Assembly: GCA_028704635.1 (NCBI GenBank)
Contig: JAQWFB010000003.1
Span: 56,357 to 120,356 of the forward strand
DNA length: 64,000 nucleotides
Direction: 5' to 3'
From: Candidatus Shapirobacteria bacterium
GTDB taxonomy: Bacteria > Patescibacteriota > Microgenomatia > UBA12405
Shown here piece after piece: positions 8,829 through 18,300 of the stretch. The notes under the pieces were generated by a model. The model was not told the origin of the DNA and ran no database searches. It saw only the letters and a program-made list of their open reading frames with translations. Each line of letters opens with the position of its first letter. Within the stretch, counting starts at the first letter, position 1. The position numbers were made by a program, and so were the translations under genes.

Positions 8829-11065
8829 TTTTCCTTTATTTCAAATTTTCCGTATTTTTCTACAGTTGTGTAATTATTTAAAATATAATTATTTATTAAT
8901 TCTAATTTATCTGCTCCCAACCCTCCAAAACTCATCTCTGAATTGTAGATTATTATTGTTTTTTCATCTTTTTTTAAGTCCTCAATCATCTGCATTTGAT
9001 AATCATTAGTAAAGAAACCGTAAGGGGTATCAATTTTAGTCGCATTTTTTTTATCAGCCAAAAAATAAATTTCTGGCATCCACGGATAGGCAAATATTTT
9101 TTTATCCGGCGAAGTGTGCGAAATATAATTTATTAAATTATCCATATTCGCTGTTGCAGTTCCTTGGTCAACCGCTATTCCAAATCTTGGATTTTGATAG
9201 TTTTTAGAAGTCCCTGGAATTTTCCCGTAAGATTGAATTTTTTCCACTTGTCCATACAAGAAATAATCATTAAATCCATCTCGGTTTAAGATCATGGCAA
9301 AAACTAGAAGAGCTATACCAAAAACTATAGATGGCTTCTGACAAAATTTTTCAACTATTTGGCCAAACAAAATTAAAGCAATAATTATCAGAGGTAATAA
9401 GTGCCACCAGTCTGATCGACCCAAAGCACTTCTAAATAAAACCAAGCCAATCAAACTTAGAATTATAAAAATACCATTCTTTGAATCTTTTTTTTCTCCT
9501 TTAAAATAAAAATAAACTCCCAATAAAAATGAACCAATAATTACTATTTGGCTAAATTGCCACCACATTTCCATTGAACCCAAAAAATCATTAACAACTC
9601 TCCAGTCTAAAAGTGGCAGTAATTTAGTTCTATTGATTGCCAAATTAAAATAACCGTCAGTAAACGCTTTGGAATAATAAGTTAATTGAGTAATCATCTC
9701 CCATAGCGCTCCTTGATAAAGAAGTACTCCAAATATTGGAACGATCACTATCAATAATCCGCCTAAATAATTTAATAGTGGTTTTATTATGTTTATATTT
9801 TTAGTTATGACCAAAAAAGCACCGACAGATAACAGTGATACTATTCCTACTTCTAAACTAACAAATATCGACAATCCACTGGCTATTCCCGCCCAAATTA
9901 ACCACCAATTATTCTTAAATTTTAAATAATTAAATAATGGAATTAATGGTAATAACCCCATCGCCAACCTAATCTCGGCATTATTTTTAGTTAAACCGCT
10001 ACTTATTCCCATAATCATAGCCAAGATTATTATCTGGCCTGTTTTATTATTGATAACTTTTTTTATTAATAGATAAAAAATAAAATAAGCCACTATCTGC
10101 ATCAAATGAAAGAAGAGTTTCATGTTAGCCACACTTGCCCCAGTTATTAAAATAAAATATTTAAGCAGCCAAGCCAATAATGGTGGGTGATAGGCTAAAA
10201 AATCTTTATACATTACTTCTTTGTTTAAAAGATGCTGTAACCATCCCAACCAAAATCCTTCTTCAACTGGATCTAGTGTCGTCCAATAATATAAAGGGTT
10301 AAAAGCCACTAAAGTAATCACTACAAATGGATATATTTTATAAATTAATTCAGTTATTTTTTTCTTATTTTTAAATTTAATCAATTCTGTTAAAACTACC
10401 ACCACTGCCGTTATTACCAATAGAATTAAAAGCCAACTAAAATTTCCTGGCTTAAATATAAAAAAACTTAAAATTATATGACTTGGATTTAACAAAAAAT
10501 TAAATGGCAGTAGATGATAAATTAAAGGCATTAATATTAATACAAATAGCGGTAAGATTAGGGAATAATTAAACTTTTGAACCAACTGCATCATTATTAA
10601 ACCAACAAAAATACCATTGATTAATAATCGACTGTCAAATTTTATAGTTTTATTTTTTCCCTTAAATAAAACCATTGCCCAAAAAATAATTTGAAATAAT
10701 ACAAAAAAAGCCAACATTAAACTGCCTGAAAAACCGACAAAATTAGTCTGTGCAAAAAATAACAGAGAAACTCCAAAATAAAACCAGTCATAAAAAGATT
10801 GTTTTTTTTGACGTTTTTTTAATAAAAAAAGAGTTATCCCAAATAACACTGCCATTATTAAAATAAGCAGTCCATATTCAATCATGTCGATTGATTTTGC
10901 CTGGGCCAATTCCAAAGAAAAAGAGGGAATTGTTTGTAGAAAAGATTGAGAAAATATATTTATCGAACCAAATTTACTGATTAAATATAAAATTACTTTA
11001 TCCAAACCCAATGAGAAGAAAAGTATTCCCAAAAAAAGCCCAATAGTCATCCCAAAGTTTAACAA
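8825..11065 (-). CDS. Large polytopic membrane protein, possibly a GT-C-type glycosyltransferase or YfhO-like; function uncertain
   Basis: 746 aa with more than 15 predicted TM helices and a C-terminal soluble domain. No diagnostic catalytic motif recognised. Confidence 0.4.
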   Translation of the reverse strand: MLNFGMTIGLFLGILFFSLGLDKVILYLISKFGSINIFSQSFLQTIPSFSLELAQAKSIDMIEYGLLILIMAVLFGITLFLLKKRQKKQSFYDWFYFGVSLLFFAQTNFVGFSGSLMLAFFVLFQIIFWAMVLFKGKNKTIKFDSRLLINGIFVGLIMMQLVQKFNYSLILPLFVLILMPLIYHLLPFNFLLNPSHIILSFFIFKPGNFSWLLILLVITAVVVVLTELIKFKNKKKITELIYKIYPFVVITLVAFNPLYYWTTLDPVEEGFWLGWLQHLLNKEVMYKDFLAYHPPLLAWLLKYFILITGASVANMKLFFHLMQIVAYFIFYLLIKKVINNKTGQIIILAMIMGISSGLTKNNAEIRLAMGLLPLIPLFNYLKFKNNWWLIWAGIASGLSIFVSLEVGIVSLLSVGAFLVITKNINIIKPLLNYLGGLLIVIVPIFGVLLYQGALWEMITQLTYYSKAFTDGYFNLAINRTKLLPLLDWRVVNDFLGSMEMWWQFSQIVIIGSFLLGVYFYFKGEKKDSKNGIFIILSLIGLVLFRSALGRSDWWHLLPLIIIALILFGQIVEKFCQKPSIVFGIALLVFAMILNRDGFNDYFLYGQVEKIQSYGKIPGTSKNYQNPRFGIAVDQGTATANMDNLINYISHTSPDKKIFAYPWMPEIYFLADKKNATKIDTPYGFFTNDYQMQMIEDLKKDEKTIIIYNSEMSFGGLGADKLELINNYILNNYTTVEKYGKFEIKEK

Positions 11066-11146
11066 ATTAGAGTGACAAAATTAACTTTTGATATTTTAAT
11101 CAAGAATGGCTCTTAAATTATCCCCATATGTTAAATTAATTTACAA

Positions 11147-11773
11147 ATGAAAATAAAAATAGATTCAACAAATATAGGTTTATTAGTGGCGATTAGTTAT
11201 GTTTCTGCTCAAATATTTTCCAATATTGCCAGCAGTAAAATCGCTCTCATCGGTGGTTTTTCGATTGACGGCGGAACTATTATTTATCCAATTACTTTTA
11301 CTCTTAGAGATTTAATCCATAAAACATTAGGAAAAAAAGTGGCCAGATTTGTGGTTTTTACTGCCGGATTAATTAATATGATTATTGCCTTACTTTTTTG
11401 GATAGTCACTCTGCTCCCTCAAGATCCTGGCTGGGGACTGCAATCCCAATTTGCGATGATACTCGGCCCTGTTTGGAGAATTGTGATGGCTTCAATAATT
11501 GCTCAAGTGGTATCGGAATTAATCGATACCGAAGCCTACCATTTTTTTGTTAACAAAATATCTAAAAAACATCAGTGGGGGAGAGTTTTGTTCTCCAATG
11601 CTTTTAGTGTTCCCACCGACAGTATAATTTTCTGCCTAATCGCTTTTCTAGGCGCCATGCCATTAAAAGTGGTCACCAGCATCATCATCGCCAATATTTT
11701 AATTAAAGGCATCGTCACCATAACCTCAATTCCACTTATTTATTCTGTTCCAGAAAGAAAAAACCACCATTAA
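11147..11773 (+). CDS. yhhQ: Queuosine-precursor transporter YhhQ family (DUF165 / VUT)
   Basis: The pattern GGTIIYPITFTLRDLIHKTLGKKVARFVVF, plus ELIDTEAYHFF and FSNAFSVPTDSIIFCLIAF, aligns with the E. coli YhhQ conserved blocks. Confidence 0.6.
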   Translation: MKIKIDSTNIGLLVAISYVSAQIFSNIASSKIALIGGFSIDGGTIIYPITFTLRDLIHKTLGKKVARFVVFTAGLINMIIALLFWIVTLLPQDPGWGLQSQFAMILGPVWRIVMASIIAQVVSELIDTEAYHFFVNKISKKHQWGRVLFSNAFSVPTDSIIFCLIAFLGAMPLKVVTSIIIANILIKGIVTITSIPLIYSVPERKNHH

Positions 11774-11853
11774 TATCTTTTTGTCTTCATTAAACACTTT
11801 TTCTTTTTAAAATTTAGATATAAAATTAACCTAATTATCGATTAATATTTAAA

Positions 11854-12306
11854 ATGAATGATTGTGTTTTTTGTAAAATTGTTAGTGAAGAATTACCATC
11901 TCATAAAATTTGGGAGGATGAAAAACACATTGCTTTTTTATCAATTTTTCCAAATACTGCCGGTTTTACTGTTGTAATTCCCAAAAAACATTTTTCTAGT
12001 TATGCTTTTGATTTAGAAGACGATGTTTTAAAAGATTTAATAATAGCAGCCAAAAAAGTGGCCAAACTTTTAGACAGTAAACTTGAAGACGTTGGAAGAA
12101 CGGCCATGATTTTTGAAGGCTTTGGCATAGACCATGTTCATGCCAAATTATTTCCCATGCATGGAACTAAAATGACCGAGTGGACACCTTTTAAATCTAA
12201 TGTTGATAAATATTTCGAACAATATGAGGGTTATGTTTCTTCACATGATTATAAAAGAGAGGATGATGCTAAATTAGCAGAGCTGGCTAAAAAAATTAGA
12301 GAATAA
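11854..12306 (+). CDS. HIT-family (histidine triad) hydrolase
   Basis: CVFCKIV...FPNTAGFTVVIPKKH, and a DHVHAKLFP histidine-triad-like motif. Confidence 0.75.
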   Translation: MNDCVFCKIVSEELPSHKIWEDEKHIAFLSIFPNTAGFTVVIPKKHFSSYAFDLEDDVLKDLIIAAKKVAKLLDSKLEDVGRTAMIFEGFGIDHVHAKLFPMHGTKMTEWTPFKSNVDKYFEQYEGYVSSHDYKREDDAKLAELAKKIRE

Positions 12307-12309
12307 AAA

Positions 12310-12354
12310 AAAAGGGTTTGTGCGTACCTACAAGTAGGTAGCCAAACCCTTTTA
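12310..12354. terminator. Bidirectional intrinsic terminator between convergent genes
   Basis: aaaaaaaaGGGTTTGtgcgtacctacaagtaggtagCCAAACCCtttt. A long hairpin with A-run and T-run flanks. Confidence 0.55.
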
Positions 12355-12378
12355 AAGGACAAAAAGTTCAAGATTAAT

Positions 12379-13689
12379 TTATGGAAATAGTCTATTCGGA
12401 CCCCGATATAAAAAAGTTACTTCTCTGACATTTTTTTTACCTAAGAGTAGCATCAGCATTCGAGTCAAACCGAAACCATATCCACCATGAGGAGGGCAAC
12501 CATATTTGAAACAGTTATAATAGTATTTCAATGGTTCTAAATTTAACCCTTTTTCCTGAATCTGCTTTAAAAGTATGTCTGGACGGTGTTCACGTTGTGC
12601 TCCAGTTGTTATTTCCAACCCTTTCCAAAGAAGATCGAAGCTTTTTGTGATTGTCGGATCGTTTTCATCTCTCATATGATAAAAAGGTCGTACATTAGTC
12701 GGATAATCCGTCACAAAAACAAATTCATGGCCATATTTTTTTTTGATATATTCACAAAGTTTTTTCTCTTCCTCTGGATCCAAATCTCCTTTTTCACTAC
12801 GAGATAATTGGTGTCCAGCTTTTTCAAGTATTTGGTAAGCGTCTTTCATGGAAATTTTTGGGAACGGTCTTGTTGGAACAACAACTTCTGCCCCAAAGAT
12901 TTTTTTAATTTTGTCGCCAAAATTATCTTTGATATAGTTGAAAACATATTCTAACCATTTTTCTTCCCATTCCATCACATCATAATGTGATTCGATCCAT
13001 GAAATTTCACAGTCAACACTAATAAACTCAGTATCATGCCGAGACGTAAATGATGGGTTTGCCCTAAAAACAGGTCCAATTTCAAAAATACGATCGAAAC
13101 CTGCCGCCATCGCCATTTGTTTGTAAAATTGAGGTGACTGAGCCAAATAAGCTTGCTTATTAAAATAATCAACTTTAAAAAGCTCGGCCCCCGATTCACT
13201 TGGACTACCCATGAGTTTCGGCGAGTGAAGTTCTACAAAATGATTTTCATACCAAAAGAGTCTCATTGCGTGTTCGATAGCTGTTTGTATTTGAAAAATT
13301 AATAATCCTTGAGGATTTAATCTCAAATAGAGGAATCTCCAATCAGCTCGAAGTTCTTCCTGAAGTGTGTCAGTATTAATAGGAAGTGGCGAAAGTGCCA
13401 GATTTAAAACAATCAGTTTTTCAATCACGATTTCAAATCCATTTTTAGCAATGTTATTGCTGACAACTTTACCAATTATCTCGACTGCAGACTCCAATGT
13501 AAGATGATCTATTTTATTAGAAATTTCAACAGAATTTGTTTTTTCATTAATTGCTTGAATAATGCCTGTTTGGTCACGAATAATAACAAACTGCATTTTT
13601 TTTTGGTTTCGGATATTATTTACCCAACCAAGAATTCTGACTTCTTCATTAATATGGCTTCCTAAATTAGAAATAAGTGTTCGGTTCAT
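12379..13689 (-). CDS. Class II aminoacyl-tRNA synthetase, Asp/Asn family (archaeal-type; aspartyl-like)
   Basis: N-terminal OB fold. Motif 2 FRANPSFTSRHDTEFISVDCE and motif 3 GGYGFGLTRMLMLLLG. EFxSVDxE resembles AspRS. Confidence 0.8.
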   Translation of the reverse strand: MNRTLISNLGSHINEEVRILGWVNNIRNQKKMQFVIIRDQTGIIQAINEKTNSVEISNKIDHLTLESAVEIIGKVVSNNIAKNGFEIVIEKLIVLNLALSPLPINTDTLQEELRADWRFLYLRLNPQGLLIFQIQTAIEHAMRLFWYENHFVELHSPKLMGSPSESGAELFKVDYFNKQAYLAQSPQFYKQMAMAAGFDRIFEIGPVFRANPSFTSRHDTEFISVDCEISWIESHYDVMEWEEKWLEYVFNYIKDNFGDKIKKIFGAEVVVPTRPFPKISMKDAYQILEKAGHQLSRSEKGDLDPEEEKKLCEYIKKKYGHEFVFVTDYPTNVRPFYHMRDENDPTITKSFDLLWKGLEITTGAQREHRPDILLKQIQEKGLNLEPLKYYYNCFKYGCPPHGGYGFGLTRMLMLLLGKKNVREVTFLYRGPNRLFP

Positions 13690-13703
13690 AATAAAAATCT
13701 CCT

Positions 13704-15026
13704 TTACGGTTCAATTTTTCGTCCAAATGTTCTAAAAAATGGAATAGTGTCCCTAACATGAGGTATATCTAATAACCAGCGGATTAGTCTTTCAATTCCC
13801 ATTCCGAAGCCAGCATGTGGTACACAACCATATTGTCTTAAATCTTTAAGCCAGTCATATCTTTCATCGCTAAATTTATTTTTTTCAATCATTCTTTCGT
13901 CTAACATCTCAGGTAGATAAATTTTTTCAGCCACACCAAGAAGCTCACCATAACCGTTTGAAGCAATAAGATCAGCAGTCATAGTACGGCGTGTATCCAA
14001 TGGGTTAATTGAGTAAGGAAAAGGCTCAATCGTTCTAGGGATACCCACCACCCAAAATGGCTTATCATACAAAAATGACAAAATAGCCTCTTCATCAGAC
14101 CCTAAACTCTTACCAAATTCAATATCACAACCCTTCTTTTGTAAATAATTAATTGCTTCAGCATAATCGATTCTGGGAAATGGTGGATCCAAACCATCAG
14201 TGCAAATTTTTATATCAAGAGGTGAAATTATTTCTTGAATATTTTTTTCAAGGCAAAAAGCATTTACATAGCTAATAAGTGATTCGACCGTCGAGACAAT
14301 TCCTTCAAAATCGCAGAATGCTAATTCAGCTTTAATATGCCAGTACTCCATAAGATGTCTTTTGCTTCTACCTTCTTCTCCTCTAAAGCTTGGGCCAATA
14401 TTATAAATCCTTTCAAATGCATGAACAGCAGATTCAAGATAAAATCCAACACATTGGGTGAGAAAAACCTTTTGTCCATGTATATCCAAAAATAAAGCAG
14501 ATCCATCTTCATATAAAAGAGTTGGTGTTAATATAGGGGCGGTGATTTCAATAAAGCGATTTTCTTCAAACCAGTCGCGAACCTTCGCCATTAATAAACT
14601 CCTAAATTTCAGAATAGCAATGTTTTTTTCGTTTCTAATATAGAAATGTTTATTACTCATTAGGTATTCTTGAAGATCTGGGTTAAAAATGTCAATGTTA
14701 TCTCTTGGTGACGGGGAGAGACTAATTGTAGATTCACCAATGATTTGGTAGCTTGACGCTACGATATCAAAACTTTCTTTACCTTGCTGGAGTAATCCGA
14801 CGACTTTAATTGCGGTTTCTTTACTGATTTTTTTGATTCTTTCGTAATCATTCGGTGAAAAATTGTCTCTATTAAAAATAACCTGCATATTACCAGTAGA
14901 GTCGGTAATATTTACAAAAACAATTCCACCGTAGTCCCTTTTTGATTTACACCATCCGTGCATAGTAACTTCCGTTCCAATTTTGTTTTCATCCACCAAT
15001 AGGTCACTAATAAAAACACTTTTCAC
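13704..15026 (-). CDS. Class II aminoacyl-tRNA synthetase, Asp/Asn family (asparaginyl-like)
   Basis: Motif 2 FRGEEGRSKRHLMEYWHIKAELAF (AsnRS-like EFWxxExExAF) and motif 3 GFGMGIERLIRWLL. Confidence 0.8.
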   Translation of the reverse strand: MKSVFISDLLVDENKIGTEVTMHGWCKSKRDYGGIVFVNITDSTGNMQVIFNRDNFSPNDYERIKKISKETAIKVVGLLQQGKESFDIVASSYQIIGESTISLSPSPRDNIDIFNPDLQEYLMSNKHFYIRNEKNIAILKFRSLLMAKVRDWFEENRFIEITAPILTPTLLYEDGSALFLDIHGQKVFLTQCVGFYLESAVHAFERIYNIGPSFRGEEGRSKRHLMEYWHIKAELAFCDFEGIVSTVESLISYVNAFCLEKNIQEIISPLDIKICTDGLDPPFPRIDYAEAINYLQKKGCDIEFGKSLGSDEEAILSFLYDKPFWVVGIPRTIEPFPYSINPLDTRRTMTADLIASNGYGELLGVAEKIYLPEMLDERMIEKNKFSDERYDWLKDLRQYGCVPHAGFGMGIERLIRWLLDIPHVRDTIPFFRTFGRKIEP

Positions 15027-15326
15027 AATACAGCACTCCTTTCAATACTTTAAAAATCTTGAACTTTTTGTTAAAGAACTAATTTATGTAAATATTATTC
15101 TATGCAAATTACAGAATAATAGTAATTAAATTAAATTTGTCGAATTATACCACCAATTTATATCTTAAATACAGTAAAAAACTGAGTATTAAAAACTTAT
15201 TCAACAAAAAAATATTGGAATTGAAGAATATTCAGCAACAGGTTCACAGAGAACACCAAACGTTCCACGAGATGGAAATTGTACGAAGTATTTACGTATG
15301 AATTTATTAGTAATTCAGAACGGGTT

Positions 15327-18300
15327 TTAAGGAGTAATTATAGTGCTAACGTTTAACAGTTTATAATCGTAATAACTTTGAACCTTATCATAAGAATATT
15401 TTTTTACTCGATATACACTTTTTAAAATATATCCCAATCTTAAATTATGGTGTTTTAACCATTCATCTAAATATAATTTGTCTATCATAAGATGTTGGCC
15501 ATGATGTATCGGCAAATCACGGTCATACCTTTCCCTTAACCCTCCAAGCCAGTCACTATACTCAATAATATTTCGACTATTTAAATCTTGATACGACCAT
15601 TTATCTTCTTCTATCTTCAAGTTAAGATTTTTTGAAAGTTCAGGGGTTACATTTAAACTGATTTCCCTATCTCTATAATACTGCCATAAACCAATGCAAA
15701 AATCGTCGTTTCTAGATGTTAATGGATAAATAAACATGTCCTTTAGTTGAGTAAATTCATCACCAATGAGAATAAAATTACTTTGATCTTCAAGAAAATG
15801 AAAAGGATTATTTGTTTTTGTTGGTATTCTTGTAATTGTTTGGCTATATAGTACTTCTTTTGCTATTTCTTCAGGTGATGGAAGCTGTTTCCCGGTTACT
15901 TTATAACCGAAACCTATTAGAGAAAATGAGTGCATTGGAGGTGTGGATTGCCAATCAATACCCGGTTTTATCGAACCTTCGGCTGCAAGTAAATACTTTC
16001 CATCTCTTATTTCACATAATGTTTCAATAGGTTTTTTTAAAGATAAAGAAACAATATTACTTTTTTGGGATACTTCTCCATCGTTTAATTGCGGCCACCA
16101 ACTAGGAATTGGTTTTGGTGATATTTTCCAAAATGATAGTTCGACAGGCAAAGTAGCGTAAGCCCATTCAAGATAAATATCGTTAGGAATTTCTTTTTGA
16201 CTGTGAAAATATTGTAATACCCTAATAAATGCTGATCGATAAACCTGACTTACCTTCGAGGAAAATCCAATAACGAAATCATCATTCTGACTTCTACCCA
16301 TGAAATAGGTTTGATTAGAATCAAGGATAGTGGAGGTATTTTCAACTATCTTATCTGAAACATACGACCAATATTTTATAAATGGTTTACCAGTTGCTTT
16401 TTCGATTTCCTTGGCTCTAATCATATAAATAGGTGCTAGGAATGTTTTAATATGTCCTAAAAAAAACTTGGATATTACATAATTTATAGGAGGGATTTCA
16501 ATCTTTTCATAATTAAGTTCAAATGACTTTGTGGACTTTAATAATTCTGCTATCTCAGAAACCAGTTTATCTACTACAATAGAATTGATTTTTATGGAAT
16601 TTTCGATATCCTTGTAAGAAATATAACTTAATTCACTTATATCTCTTACTAAAAAAATTGCTTTTAAAATAACTAATAACCCGATTGCGATAGTACTTTC
16701 CATTTTTTGTTGGCTAATCCAAACTAGAAGTCTTGTAAAAATGTCTTTTTTGTCTTTAGACTCAATTAATAATCTTGATATCGATGTGGCTGCTCTTTCC
16801 TGAGTAATAGTACTTGGCCATAATAGTCTTTGAAAAAGAAGATCTATAAGATCAATTGAATTTTTATCTTTTTGCCATTCAATATCTGGTAGAGCTAGAT
16901 TGGCCATCAATTCTTCAGCGAATAAAATACTTGAATCAGTGATCTCTTCCGCGACAGCTTGATCATCAAATTGTAAAAAATATTCAACTCCAGTAGAAAG
17001 TGGAACCCCGCCTTCGGTACTTTTTTTGAAGAACTCTAAATATCTTTTTGGGAAAAGTGTTTTAACAATATTCCATCTTTGTTCTGCCTTTTTTTTATCT
17101 GTCCAATATTTTTGCCATCCATGATCGTTTGTTTGTGCGGAACATAAATACTCAAAAGCTTCTTGATTATCAAACTCTTGAGCAAGAGGGAATATTGTAT
17201 CTAATAATTCACCTGAAACATTTTGGATACCATATTTTTTGATCAACTCTTTACAAATCTTATAAACTTCTTTTTTGTCATAATTATCTGTCCAATACTT
17301 TGACCAACCTTTCAAATAATCTGACATTTGCCACTTGTTTTCAAAGTTTGATTCTAAATATGATTTCAGATCATCTGGTTTTATGGTTGAATAATCAATT
17401 ATTTCAGGTGTATATGGTGTTGTATTTCCTCTGTCTTCTTCAGGATAATTAATTTCTCCAAGATATTCTTCGATATTGTTTAATGCGATTTTTGCACCAG
17501 AATTGTTTTTTGATTGTTCTTTTAGAATTGTGAATGATCCCTTATCCAATGCAGTACTCGACAGAGCTATTTCAATGTCGCTTGAATAAGTAAACGATTC
17601 TATTAATATCTTGAAGAGGTTTTCTGCATGATATAGTTCTTCATTTTTGGTAGCATAATACAAGTTTTTAAATAGTAGATTTCTATTTCGTTTCGCCAGT
17701 AAACTTGCCAACTCATCCCTAAGATAACCTGTTTCATCACCGTCGGTATATTCTCCAATGTGCTCAATAATTGGGATAAGTTTATTAATCCAATTATTAA
17801 TTTTTTCTGTAGGTAAGCCGTTTTCAGCACAAAAATCAATAGCTTCTAACACTTCGAATAGAAACATGTCTTTGTGATAGCCGTATCCAAGTAAATTATT
17901 TATGGCGTCTATTAACAGTGGCTTTGAGGTTTTTTCATTATCATATAGGCGGATTAATTTTGTAATTTCGGCATAACCTTTTGATCTATCTGGAAAATAA
18001 GTCACCGAGTCTATCAGCCCTTTAATCTTTTCGTCTCTTATTTTTTGAAAAACATTTTTACTCAATATGGCAACATCGTAATCAAGAGAGAGATCAAGTA
18101 AATCTTTTCTACTGAATAAGAATGGTATTTTATCTATAAGTTTACAATCGTCAATTTCGAAGAGTAAACTGTTTCCGAAAAATGCTTTTATGTTCATGAG
18201 ATCTTTTAAAATTAAGTTTAAGGAATCATGAAAAGCATTTTGTATATTCAATGAATCTCTATCTTCGGGCCACTTAAGTTCCGGTATAGTAATTAAATTG

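Noticed and set aside
15027-15326. AT-rich 300-bp intergenic region as a possible att site or origin
   Set aside because: No recognisable copy of the tRNA-Ser 3' segment, no DnaA-box-like 9-mers in clusters, and no direct repeats seen by eye. Most simply the promoter region of the AsnRS-like gene and the 3' flank of the NTPase gene.
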